NCBI RefSeq assembly: GCF_001194135.2
Contig: NC_068982.1
Location: 109,948,262 to 109,990,181, forward strand
Direction of reading: 5' to 3'
Source: Octopus bimaculoides
Taxonomy: Eukaryota
Length of the DNA stretch: 41,920 nt
Numbering within the stretch: the stretch's first letter is position 1; every line of letters starts with the position of its first letter. Below, one piece after another: positions 12,610 through 24,019 of the stretch. The notes beneath the pieces are model-generated. The model was not told the DNA's origin, did no database searches, and worked only from the letters and a program-made list of their open reading frames with translations. The position numbers and the translations under genes are program-made.

Positions 12610-12733
12610 CGACCCCAGTGTTTCACTGGTACTTATTTTAGCGACCTCAGTGAAATTTGAACTCAGAACGTAAAGACGGACAAAATGCCGCTAAGCATTT
12701 TGTCCGACGTGCTCACGATTTTGCCACCTTACC
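12610..12733 (-). mobile_element. SINE-B copy, inverted and abutting the previous one
   Basis: Reverse complement gives GGCAAAATCGTGAGCACGTCGGACAAAATGCTTAGCGGC..GAGTTCAAATT..AAGTACCAGTGAAACACTGGGGTCG. Confidence 0.85.
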
Positions 12734-13419
12734 CTCTTTTTTTCGGTGTATAATATAAAATGAGTAATATATTATGGTATGCAGTGAAGCATTATTGCCT
12801 ACATGCATGTTTAATTATATATCTTTGTCTTAATATGCTATTGAAAATCGTATTCAAAACTTATATCTACAAATTCAACGCAGCGGAATTTTATACCAAT
12901 AGGAAATTTTCAAAATGATTTTCTGCCCTTTATAGAATATTCAGATAAACTATCTATGAACGTGTCAATCTCTTTCTAAGATTTAATAAGATAGGCCGAT
13001 TTTGTAAAATTAAATAGTATACATTTTTTTATAAAATTTCTTAAAATAGCTTTAATCTTAATTTTATCATAAGATTTACAGTCAAATGATTACAAGATTT
13101 TGAAAATATAATTTATCAATTGTTTATGAGTTATCGAATAAACATTACCTGAATTATATTTGATATCTTCGAAAATGAGGTGACATTTTAAATTCTACAT
13201 TTTGAAGATTTTATTTTCACAATAAATAAAGCTAGAATGACGATCGAATAATATATTTGATCGAGCAGTTTAATGCTTACGCAAAATAGAATCGAAATTT
13301 TTGAAGACTTTTATTTAAACACGATTGTTATTAACAACATCGATACCTATAAATAACTCGGACATCTTAGAGATATTAAAGCATAAAACAAATAAAATTC
13401 ACTGGGAAATATTACTCAC

Positions 13420-13468
13420 CTGCCCATAATAGTGGCCATATTACTGACAAATCTCTGATGGAATGCAT
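13420..13468 (-). CDS. RET: Putative RET coding exon 1 (signal peptide MHSIRDLSVIWPLLWA)
   Basis: ATG with A at -3; 16 codons + 1 nt; consensus donor CAG|GTGAGT. Phase 1 joins exon 2 to give ..LLWAGCVC-LYFPQ, a plausible 20-aa signal peptide. Confidence 0.6.
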
Positions 13469-13552
13469 TTTGACACCGCTTTCTAGCAAAGCATGGTATA
13501 TTCTTGATACCACACTTCTTCGTAGAAATATTGGATATTGGTAACAAGACCC

Positions 13553-13562
13553 TATTTATATA
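13553..13562 (-). promoter_or_regulatory. Candidate TATA box TATATAAATA
   Basis: 85 nt upstream of the putative RET ATG; no good polypyrimidine acceptor precedes this exon, consistent with a first exon. Motif is common in AT-rich DNA. Confidence 0.3.
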
Positions 13563-14895
13563 TTGTGCTTGATTGTGAGGTTATAAATAACTTTTGAGGG
13601 AACTATTGATTATCTGATAGTGTTGCAAGTATCTAAAGGCCTGATATATTCACTCACAATTTTCTAGGTTGATTACTAATACTTCTTAAGTTATTCTATT
13701 GTCTTTTATTACATTTTTTTCTTGCATGTAGACTTCTAATTATGAAATAGAATAGAAATATATTCATTCATTCCGGTTTAGCCACAGCAAAGATATAACA
13801 ATACGTGGAAGTTGACAGTACAGAGACAAGATAAAGATTTTCCTTTCAGCTTATTGATGCTGGCATCTTTGTTCGTATTAGACTCGATATTATCGTGTAC
13901 TTATGTTCCTTCCCTTAGTTGTTTTGCTAATGCTTTTATTATTATCATTAATTTATACTTCCATTAATTTAGCTGTTGACACCAGCGTTGTCCCTATTAT
14001 TTTGTTGCCACTTCACAAAAAAAAAGCAGCAGGAACAACAAACAACAAGTAGTAGGTTTAAAAGTTGCTGTTGCTAAAACTACGTATCAGGGAAATCTTT
14101 TTCCAACTAAATGAAATATCCTAGCAATAATTTTGTCAATGAACATATTTCATTATAAATTTCTAATGAAATTATGTTCGAGAAAATTTTGAATGGGTAA
14201 TGGAGACTATCAGGTTCTATGCTTTCTTTTCACATTCTTGAAATATTAACATCATTAAGATTTGAAAGATAGATTTATTCTCATAGATCTCAGTCTTTTT
14301 AGAGAGTTATTTCTTTATACATTTGTGTAGTTTTCTATTATAAACGTATTTTCCTGTGTACATCGTGCTTAGGCAGAGTCAATCAAATGACACAATCGTC
14401 ATCAAAAGAAGAAATATATTGCATAACGACGCTGGTAATATGGGTAATTTAAATTCCACTGAATATTATAAGTTTGTAATTGCTCAGACGTGTTATGTGT
14501 AGGATATCTTGCCGATGATTTAACATAATACTTTCACAATTAAGTACAGACTTCTTTGCTTGACTGCTGGAGAAAATGTCATTGCTTTTAGTACCTGAAA
14601 TGAGGAAGAAAGATTCGACTTTTACCATAGTTAAAAGAATGTACATTATTATTTTCTAGAAAGTTAACAAAGTAAATATTATTACATAATACAGAATAGT
14701 TGAGTAGCAAAAATAGTAAAATGTTTCAGTATAAATGTATTGAGTATTTATGCTTTGTCAAGTTAACTTCTAAGTTCCAACTCCAACCCGTTAACTTCGA
14801 TTTCCATTCTTAAAAGTAAAATGAAGGTCAATAATAACATGAGCCGATTCAATTGAGTATTTCTTCTCAGCTATCATTTTATTTTCGTGAGAAAT

Positions 14896-15289
14896 TGGCT
14901 GTGTGGTAAGTAGCTTGCTTACCAACCACATGGTTCCGGGTTCAGTCCCACTGCGTGGCACCTTGGGCAATTGTCTTCTACTATAGCCTCGGGCCGACCA
15001 AAGCCTTGTGAGTGAATTTGGTAGACGGAAACGGAAAGAAGCCCGTCGTATATATGTATATATATATGTGTGTGTGTTTGTGTGTCTGTTTTTGTCCCCC
15101 CAACATCGCTTGACAACCGATGCTGGTGTGTTTACGTCCTCGTAACTTAGCGGTTCGGCAAAAAGGGACCGATAGAATAAGTACTAGGCTTACAAAGAAT
15201 AAGTCCCGGGGTCGATTTGCTCGACTAAAGGCGGTGCCCCAGCATGGCCGCAGTCAAATGACTGAAACAAGTAAAAGAGTAAAAGAGTA
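14896..15289 (+). mobile_element. SINE-A, near full length and well preserved
   Basis: A-box-like TGGCTGTGTGG, B-box-like GGTTCAGTCCC, tandem tail GTAAAAGAGTAAAAGAG; collinear with 3266-3672. Confidence 0.9.
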
Positions 15290-15316
15290 TTATTAAGATC
15301 GATGAGGTAATAATTA

Positions 15317-15909
15317 TTAAGAGAATATTGAGGTAGTATAATCATTATTTATTTTCGTATTACTGCGATCAGAGTTCGTATTTCGTGACAATCGATAAAA
15401 TATATGCCATGAACGAGACAACAACTCTCCTCTCGTACCAGTATTAATCATTATTAGAAATGTAATGTACATATAGAGATTTCCTCGAAACTTCGCTCCA
15501 GATCCCAGATAATCTGTTTGCAAATCTCTCATCTGACGTTATATTTCATAAAACTAAAAATTCTTATACAAGTATTCAATGATCTCATCGAGTTTCGTTA
15601 TGGCCACATGACTCTTAAGCAATCTCATCTGTGTAACATTTGCAATGGTCGCATTTACATCACTTGCTAACGCTTGAGAGATGAGCTCATTTAGGTATTT
15701 TAAAAAAACGTTAAAGAATTATTTAGAAGCATCCTGGAATTTAAATTATTAATAAAATACCAGAAAGGTTTCGAGCGAACCTCTAGATTTGCTATAATTC
15801 ATATAAATTCTGATGAGAGCGTCATATGCAGAATTTTCTTCTTGGGCCTGGATTATTTTGTTTATTATGAATTGTCCATTGTCCATTTCGAAAAGAAAAA
15901 CGCATTTTA

Positions 15910-15913
<4 letters not shown>
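15317..15913 (-). pseudogene. Decayed reading frame with tyrosine-recombinase box-I-like motif
   Basis: One frame, 199 codons, 5 internal stops; FLIMINTGTRGELLSRSW at 15407-15460 resembles TGxRxxELxxLxW but is one residue short. Confidence 0.35.
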
Positions 15914-15961
<48 letters not shown>

Positions 15962-16208
15962 NNNNNNNNNNNNNNNNNNNNNNNNNNNNNNNNNNNNNNN
16001 NNNNNNNNNNNNNNNNNNNNNNNNNNNNNNNNNNNNNNNNNNNNNNGTGCGTGCGTTCGTGCGTGTGTGTGCGTGTGTCGCGCGCGCGTCTGTGCGTGTG
16101 TGTGTGTGTACGTGTGCGTGTGCGTACGCATGTATGCATTTATTACATGTACACACAGACATACACACGCCCATGCGCACACGCACAGTTACAGACGGAC
16201 ATTCAGAC

Positions 16209-16239
<31 letters not shown>

Positions 16240-16252
16240 TAGACAGACAGAC

Positions 16253-16307
<55 letters not shown>
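15912..16307. repeat. (GT)n ... (GACA)n(GATA)n block spanning N gap 15962-16046
   Basis: Direct reading. Confidence 0.9.
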
Positions 16308-16310
<3 letters not shown>

Positions 16311-16759
16311 ACTCCAAACAAGCGGAGGAATAGAAGAAATGAATTTGAAAATGTACAGAGAATATATTAAAATCAATTAGAATTTAATTATATTTTGAAA
16401 TTTAGGAATACATTTTACCAGTTTCAATTTAGATTTTCAAAAGTGTATTGTATATGGAGTTATGTCACAAATTATGTCTGTTCTGCCCGTTGTTATAAAA
16501 ATGATTAGTTTTTAAAGTATAGATGTGACTCAGAATGCTATCCGTTAGCATACAAATTGATTGGTCAACGTTCATGTGACAGTCGCGTGAGAAGGTCACA
16601 TAAAAGCTTTTCTCCATCGGATATGTTTTATGACAGTTAGAAAAAAGAGATATGTATAGGTGATATACTAATTGTTTACATAAAAGTGTTATGGATAATT
16701 ATTTTTTATTATTCTACCGAAGAATAATGTTATCAATTAGTGTCAGTTCCCTCCAATTG

Positions 16760-17685
16760 AACACCCTTTTATGTTAACAAGATGCGGAATAAGTAAGATA
16801 ACGAAGTGTGAAGTAAGTAAAACATATGACACCTGCTACATGAATTTTGCTTTCTTAAAAACGAGCCAAAGTAAACATTCTACAATAATTCATAGGAAAA
16901 TGAGACACCCTTTTATGGAGTGGCTTATATTTTTTAATAAACGAACTTTCCTTATTAATTTTTTTAGTCTGGGGTGTTGTCTGCACATTGATAGAGTGGG
17001 GAGTTAAAAAAATTTAGGAGATTTGATTTTTGTGCATGTGTTCAGATGTCCACAAAGTGGAATTTGTCTTGTTTTGGGATCACGTATTTGTTGATGATGA
17101 ACGTTTAATCTCATTCTTAAAATGAGTTTAGTTTCTCCAATGTAGTCTTTCCTGCATTCATTGCATCTGGTGGCATACATTAAATTTTTAATGGCTTTTT
17201 GCAGTAAAATCTTGTCCTTATTCAAATTTGTATGTTGTGTCCTTAACTAGGTTCTCATAAGTTCCACAAGTGGATCAGTCACACATTTTAACTATTGATG
17301 TTGAGTCCATAGTTGATAATGTCGCGTTGCTAAACAGTTGTTTTAGGGACTTTGGTTGCTTTTGCATTTAATTACTTTGTATGATGCAAGTACCTGTTTT
17401 CATTATTTGGTCTTGGCTCAATAACGGTATGTTTTGATGGATAATGTTGAAGGTTTCTATGTTTCTTGGTTTCTGAGTTGTAATCAAAGATACAGTTATC
17501 AGTGCATCTGAACCGTTTTTTGCTTTTCGTAATTCCTTAATGTCTACTGCTTTGGCGCGTTCTATTTCATTCTTTATTAGAATCGACGGTCACTTTCTTT
17601 CAAATAGCCTGTTTTAAGGAATTCAAGGAGTTTTTTTTTATTCTGAACATCCTGTTCGGATTCTTCTAGCCAAGTTAAATTGAAG
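16760..17685 (-). mobile_element. Penelope-like retroelement remnant (RT thumb, Cys linker, GIY-YIG endonuclease)
   Basis: With frameshifts and stops: FNLARRIRTGCSE; LIKNEIERAKAVDIKELRK; QPKSLKQL; KMCD*STCGTYENL; KNLMYATRCNECRKDYIGETKLILRMRLNVHHQQIRD; KESSFIKKYKPL. Confidence 0.9.
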
Positions 17686-18032
17686 AGAAATCTGGTGGAT
17701 AAAGTTTATTGACATATTCATTTAAGCTGAGGATTAGGCCGTTACTTTAGTTTCAGACTCAGCGATGTTTCAAATAACTAACTCAAATATTCAAATATGT
17801 GTGCCACTCTAAATTACAGGTCGGACATTTTTCTAGGCAAACAAAGATAAAGAGCCCTCAAGCGTTATGACAGATAACGAACCCTCAAGTAATTATGACG
17901 GAACCGAATTACGCTAATTAGCGCGATTTTATATGCAGGAAATAAATTCAATAGACTCTTACATACTAGGTTCAGTCACATTGAGACTGCGCACTAGGGT
18001 CTAGTATGGGTGAGCATGAATTGTATTACTTA

Positions 18033-18480
18033 AAAGAAAGAAACTAACACTTTGAAGGAATATAACCTCAGAATATCCATCCAGACTAGTCAGCTTTTTG
18101 GGTATAACTCTAAACTTAACGGCAGGAAAACACAAGGAAGAATCACTATATAAACAGACATTTCAAACAATCACCTTCAGTATTAAAAAGCTTGACTTAC
18201 AACATAAGTAAAAGCATTTCTTAACATCTGTAGATAAAACCGTATTCGACCAGGATACATCCCACAATGAAATCTTAACATAAAAGTTAGCTTAAAGAAA
18301 CATTATGCTACACACCCAGTGTTTAATAAAGAAACGGACCAAGACCCCAAACAAGCCAGGAAAAATAAAGATAGTCTTGTTCAACCCATCCCTCAATCTA
18401 AATGAAGCGTCGTTATGGAGAAATATTTATTAGTGAGAATCAGTAAATATTTACCAATAAACATAAGTATTATCAGCTTG
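18033..18480 (+). mobile_element. Second Penelope-like remnant, different family (RT C-terminal part)
   Basis: Frameshifted matches: KEYNLRISIQT; VSFLGITLNLTAGKH; INRH..SPSVLKSLTYNISK; DKTVFDQ; KIVLFNPSLNLN; KHKYYQL, typical of PLE RT carrying SNHPP and WFNPP motifs. Confidence 0.8.
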
Positions 18481-18783
18481 GTTTTCATACCAAAGTAGAA
18501 TGTGCTAGTGTCTTTTAGGTTGATCTTAGCTCAAACTAAGCCTGGTGCGTGTAATGTGTATGCTTCTGCGTACGTGCGCACTCTTATAGTCTCTTTCTTC
18601 TTCTTTATTCCGTATTTTCCTTCTTCTCTCTCCGGTCAAAAACCGGCTTGCAAATTTAGCAAATCATGTGTTCTAATCTTCTCATCCTTACAGTAGTGAA
18701 TCTTTATCTATTATCCAGTTTATCCTGTCTAAGGTGCCTGCAATACATCGAAGAAATTTCAAAGTAACAAGCCATTGGATCAG

Positions 18784-18794
18784 CAAACATGAAG

Positions 18795-18842
<48 letters not shown>

Positions 18843-18912
18843 TATGTGTGTGTGTGCGTGTGCGTGTGTGTGTGTGCGCGCGTGCGTGTGCGTGCGTGTG
18901 CGTGCGCGCGTG
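18784..18912. repeat. (GCGT)n/(GT)n microsatellite
   Basis: Direct reading. Confidence 0.95.
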
Positions 18913-20367
18913 TAATCAAATTATTTTGACGGTTTGCTCCTTTTGTATTATACCTAGAAAGAAAATTCAACTAATCTTGTATGTGTTATATTTATAGCTA
19001 GCTTCTGAAACTACAATTGAACGTAATTTCATGTTTATTGCTATGCTGGTGAATGACCTCAACTAGAATGCTTAAACCTATACATACTGGCATATTCAAA
19101 CACGCGCGCGAATGCATACATTCAAACACACACGCATAAATATGTGCGTATGTATACATGAATGTATGTATAGTCATGCACAGCTGTATGTATTTTTTTG
19201 TAATTGATTTTTAATGTCTAAGTGTGTGATCCTATTCAGAGATTTGTTTCCTTTGGCCAGTTCTCATTATTCCCATTTAAACCCTTTCTAAATAATTAAT
19301 TAGATCTGAAGTAGGAAATGCAAAGAATTTTATCTGTGAATTATAAAAGAACGAAAAAATTAAATGGGAAATAAAAACACAATAAATGATGGAAAAGGGG
19401 ATAGAAGATGGAAAGAAAACCAGCTTAACTTCTTCCATGCAACTATTAAAAAGGATAAAACTTAACAACTAGCTTAATCTACTTAAATAATCCCAAAGTA
19501 TTAATGTAAGATAAAGTCGCACCTACACGCGTTTTTAGTCTCCACAGTATTTCCAATACATGCCTATCGCATGCGCTGTCATTAACCCAGGCTAACATAT
19601 CCCATTAAGGCGATCTGTCATCAGCCATCTTACAAGGCAGTTCAACACAGTTACTCGATCAGTTAGAAATAGCAGCCGAATGATACACATTGATTACACA
19701 TATACATACATAAAACACATGCACACATACATAGATATGCTCACACACGCACACACGCACACATACACACACAATTAGCCATTCAAAACACATGACATAG
19801 CCATACTGGTATCAAAAACACGTACACATACACATCTACACGCCACACATATATTCGTATTACAATATGACAGAGACTCTTCTGCGTTCATGCATACACA
19901 AAAACGCACAAAAACCTGTACATATAAAAGATATACACAAACATACGCAGCACACACATATTAGTGCATGACACAAAGATGGCTACGCACGCACCCTGAA
20001 TAATAGCTTTCTACATCCCTCTCACATATGTATAGACACGCACATACACATACACACACTAACACGACACATATGCACACAATTGCACTAACACATAAAC
20101 AGTCACATGTAGCCCCTTGCTCTTATATCTCCGAGCATCCCATTAGCCAACCAGTCAACTTCCAGTCAATTAATGACCAACGTGTGCACGAACACACGTA
20201 CTCACAACAGAATATTACACACACACAGGCATGTACAAACACACACACGCACAGACACACATGCATACACAACGAAACGCAAACACGCAACACACAAAGA
20301 ACCACGCACACATAGAAAATAGTTTGCCACATCGCACATACATTCATGCATGCTAACACACACACGC

Positions 20368-20399
<32 letters not shown>

Positions 20400-20807
20400 N
20401 NNNNNNNNNNNNNNNNNNNNNNNNNNNNNNNNNNNNNNNNNNNNNNNNNNNNNNNNNNNNNNNNNNNNNNNNNNNNNNNNNNNNNNNNNNNNNNNNNNNN
20501 NNNNNNNNNNNNNNNNNNNNNNNNNNNNNNNNNNNNNNNNNNNNNNNNNNNNNNNNNNNNNNNNNNNNNNNNNNNNNNNNNNNNNNNNNNNNNNNNNNNN
20601 NNNNNNNNNNNNNNNNNNNNNNNNNNNNNNNNNNNNNNNNNNNNNNNNNNNNNNNNNNNNNNNNNNNNNNNNNNNNNNNNNNNNNNNNNNNNNNNNNNNN
20701 NNNNNNNNNNNNNNNNNNNNNNNNNNNNNNNNNNNNNNNNNNNNNNNNNNNNNNNNNNNNNNNNNNNNNNNNNNNNNNNNNNNNNNNNNNNNNNNNNNNN
20801 NNNNNNN
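20400..20807. other. Largest assembly gap (others: 15962-16046, 23094-23103, 24409-24717, 26021-26144, 26925-26934, 33598-33607)
   Basis: N runs, mostly at microsatellites; spacing and adjacency across gaps are uncertain. Confidence 0.99.
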
Positions 20808-20861
<54 letters not shown>

Positions 20862-21423
20862 ACACACAATATATTGGATGCAGGTTCATCGTTAACCAGC
20901 TAGAGGAAATGTCTTCTTAGGGTTAAAAATCGCAGTAACCTCCGTTCGTACGGAACAGCCATGTTGAAGAGGCGACAATCACTACTTGCCAGTACAGTGA
21001 CTGCGCACAATTCTCACAGAGATTTTATAACTAGCTGCTTTCATTATTATTTTATACATATTCTGGGAGATTAGAAAACATTTTATTCTGCAAGCATTTC
21101 TGTCTTTCATGTCCCCGTATTTATATAATAGATATCAGGCATGTCCAAATTTACTGACATATATTTAACCAACAAATTCCATTGCTAAATTTTTCTGACT
21201 TACTTCGAATATAAAATATCATTATTCTATATTCAAAGCACACCCACAGGAGTCAGTGTTAATTTTTACCGTAATCGATAAAATATTCGAAAGTTTAGAA
21301 CAAAAGAAAATTGAATTTTGACATTTATGGGTTTTCCAAGGTTATCAGCTGTGTAAATCATCACTTGATAGGAACTTATCTCTTGCCGCAAAATGCAGAT
21401 CTACGTACCCCCACCCCCGCTAC

Positions 21424-21572
21424 ACACACACAAACACACACACACACACACACATGCTTACATATATACATACATACATACATACGTACATACACACACA
21501 CATACATACATACATACATACATACATACATACAAACATACATACATACATACATACATACATACATACATG
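21424..21572. repeat. (AC)n/(TACA)n microsatellite
   Basis: Direct reading. Confidence 0.95.
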
Positions 21573-21573
21573 C

Positions 21574-22106
21574 ATGCAACAGACCTGATATAATAATTTG
21601 GGATAGAGAAGAGAAATTGTGCAGATTTGTGAAAATCAGCTGCCCTGCGGATGTTAACATAAAGCTGACGATCGGTGAAAAAGAGAACGCGTATGCTGAA
21701 CTATTGAGAAATCTGCAGTTACCCTATACAGATTACAAGTTCAGGGATATGTAACACACACGCCTAAATACCAATCTTGAGAAATTAGGCTTCTCAAAAC
21801 CAGAAAGGAGAAAGCTAATTTGAAGACAACAGATCCAATCCATCATTGGAACTGTAAAATTCTGTAAAACTTTCCAAAAGTTTATGATTTAAATATATAT
21901 AAGCATGTCTAGATATGCAGCTATATACATGCGAATACATACATAAAACATACAAATCTGCACATACATACATACATGCAAACAAAAATACTCTGTTGTT
22001 GATGTTGAAATTCCAATGGAGGAGCCTTGGATCTAGGTTAGAAACCGATTCTTTCTCTATTCGCAAGAACTCTTCAAGTAAACTGAATAAGGACATACAT
22101 ACATGC
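21574..22106 (+). mobile_element. 5'-truncated RLE-type non-LTR retrotransposon 3' end (R4/Dong-like, clade uncertain)
   Basis: NRPDIIIWDREEKLCRFVKISCPADVNIKLTIGEKENAYAELLRNLQLPYTDYKF is a PD-(D/E)xK endonuclease motif; after a deletion and frameshift GYVTH..LNTNLEKLGFSKPERRKLI..IQSIIGTVKFCKTF; 3' UTR ends in CATACATACATGC. Confidence 0.8.
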
Positions 22107-23050
22107 AACTTTCTTAATTTTAACGGTTGGTTTTTATATGCATCTAAGTTTCTTAAAGGCTAAATAAAATAAAAGTCTTCATCCAGAAACGTATTAATAT
22201 CACAATTTAATTCAAACTTTCCCTTCTTTCTTTATGACGATCTTATTTAATTCTTAATATCTAGTTTTGAGGTTAATTGTATCGTCATAAAGGTATTTCA
22301 GATTTTATTTTCCATGTATTAAGACAAAAATAACGGAACAGATGCGACATCTTCAGAAGAATTATTGCATAAAGATGTGCTACTTGCTAGAAAATTAATA
22401 AGTATCACAAAATAAAATCGTTTTGTTCGATTATTTCTTTCAAATCCGAAAATATTGATTTAGAAAGACCATGAAAATTAGTCAAGCATTATTGCAAGAG
22501 AAGCGGGGATTGAAAACACAAATACAGTTTGGTAGCATTTAAGCATCAGAGAAGTTACTACAGTGCTTTACGTTGTTTAGTTTCTAGACGACATCTAGGA
22601 TCCAAACATTTAAATCTAAACTAAAATGAGTTTCAGATTATCATAATCCAATAAAGAAATGATTATTATAATCCAAACACTGCCTAACATTAAAGCCAAT
22701 TGAAAAAAGCTGCAGATATTTCATGCTTATTAGGTGCACGGAATTTTGTTTTTGATTTGTACGTCAATATTCGCACGCTTTTAAAATGCAATTATTTTCC
22801 ATCATTTTTAAACCATTGAATGTATACAAATTTATCGCAATGAAAATGAATTCAATTATGACAATGAATAAAAACAAATAAAGAAGAATAGAAAACTTTA
22901 GAATTTAGAAGGCTTAACGAGATTAAATTGAAGCAATGGGGCAAATAAGGGATAAATATTCTATATGATTACAAATATACACACAATTACTCATGCGCAC
23001 ATACATACATTCCTGGCTCTGTGCGTGTGTATACACACACACACATATAC

Positions 23051-23093
<43 letters not shown>

Positions 23094-23103
23094 NNNNNNN
23101 NNN

Positions 23104-23146
<43 letters not shown>

Positions 23147-23396
23147 CGTGTGTATGTATGTATGTATGTATGAGTGCATATGTCTATACATATCGATATA
23201 ACGCAAGAAAATAACCTTGGTAACTTGTGAGTTTCTAAATGTTAGGTATATGAATAATGCACTCATATGGTGTCATGGTGACATAAAATGTAAGATTTGA
23301 GATCCTATTTATTGAGTTGAAATAATCCATATCGCTAACTATATCATTGGCATTAAGGATTCTTGTTGGAAGCGATCATATTGCATGTACATAAAC

Positions 23397-23436
<40 letters not shown>

Positions 23437-23461
23437 TTGTGTGTGTGTACGTGTGTATGAC

Positions 23462-23760
23462 ATGACCACATGATCGACCAGACTCTCGGTTACAATGTGC
23501 TTTGCAGACATCACTGGTTACAGTGCATTTTGCATCGTTTTATCTTTCGAATGATACCACACCGTGGCTAAGCGAACAGGCCATGATTTCCAACGATGGG
23601 AAAGCTAGTCCGTCGACGGGTTACCTATTTACTGGTGAGTGAACTGGAGCAACCTGAAATAAAGTGCTTTGCTCAAGAACACAACGCGCTCTTCGGTCCT
23701 TGTATCGAATCCACGATCTAGCGAGCATGAGTGCAATATTCCAACCACTAGACCACAGCC
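23462..23760 (-). mobile_element. SINE-C, tRNA-derived
   Basis: Reverse complement begins GGCTGTGGTCTAGTGG (A box) ... GGATTCGATAC (B box) then GTGTTCTTGAGCAAAGCACTTTATTTC, a typical SINE central domain. Confidence 0.75.
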
Positions 23761-23766
23761 ATCATA

Positions 23767-24008
23767 CAGGGTTGGCCAAAAGTCACCTGACAGTAAATCA
23801 AAACCATTTAACTCCAAGATTTAAAAGAAAAAAATATTTTATATGTGACTTCGCTAGTAAATAGACAAATGTTTTTTTAAAAAAAGACTGTAATTTTAAC
23901 TAACAACATTCAATTATTAAACATTCATAATTGAAATGAATAAATAAACGGAACATCAAGTATTTATGGAATTCTGATTTACTGTCGTGTGGCTTTTGGC
24001 CAACCCTG
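23767..24008. mobile_element. Tc1/mariner-type MITE, 242 bp
   Basis: 34-bp TIRs CAGGGTTGGCCAAAAGTCACCTGACAGTAAATCA at 23767-23800 and 23975-24008 (31/34 identical); TA on the left, TC on the right. Confidence 0.85.
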
Positions 24009-24019
24009 TCTATCCATGA

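Noticed and set aside
14532-14594. 63-nt minus-strand exon candidate in phase with RET exon 1
   Set aside because: Weak donor, no acceptor tract at 13551, and it would bury the signal peptide.
14896-14970. tRNA-like A/B boxes in SINE heads (also 12484 and 23690-23760)
   Set aside because: No cloverleaf; they continue into SINE bodies, so they are not tRNA genes.
15478-15580. + strand IPDNLFANLSS resembling a leucine-rich repeat
   Set aside because: Single short match bounded by stops; the antisense frame is longer and more informative.
16700-16745. Hairpin ATTATTC/GAATAAT near the PLE 3' end as a hammerhead stem II
   Set aside because: Would need several core substitutions; no stems I or III.
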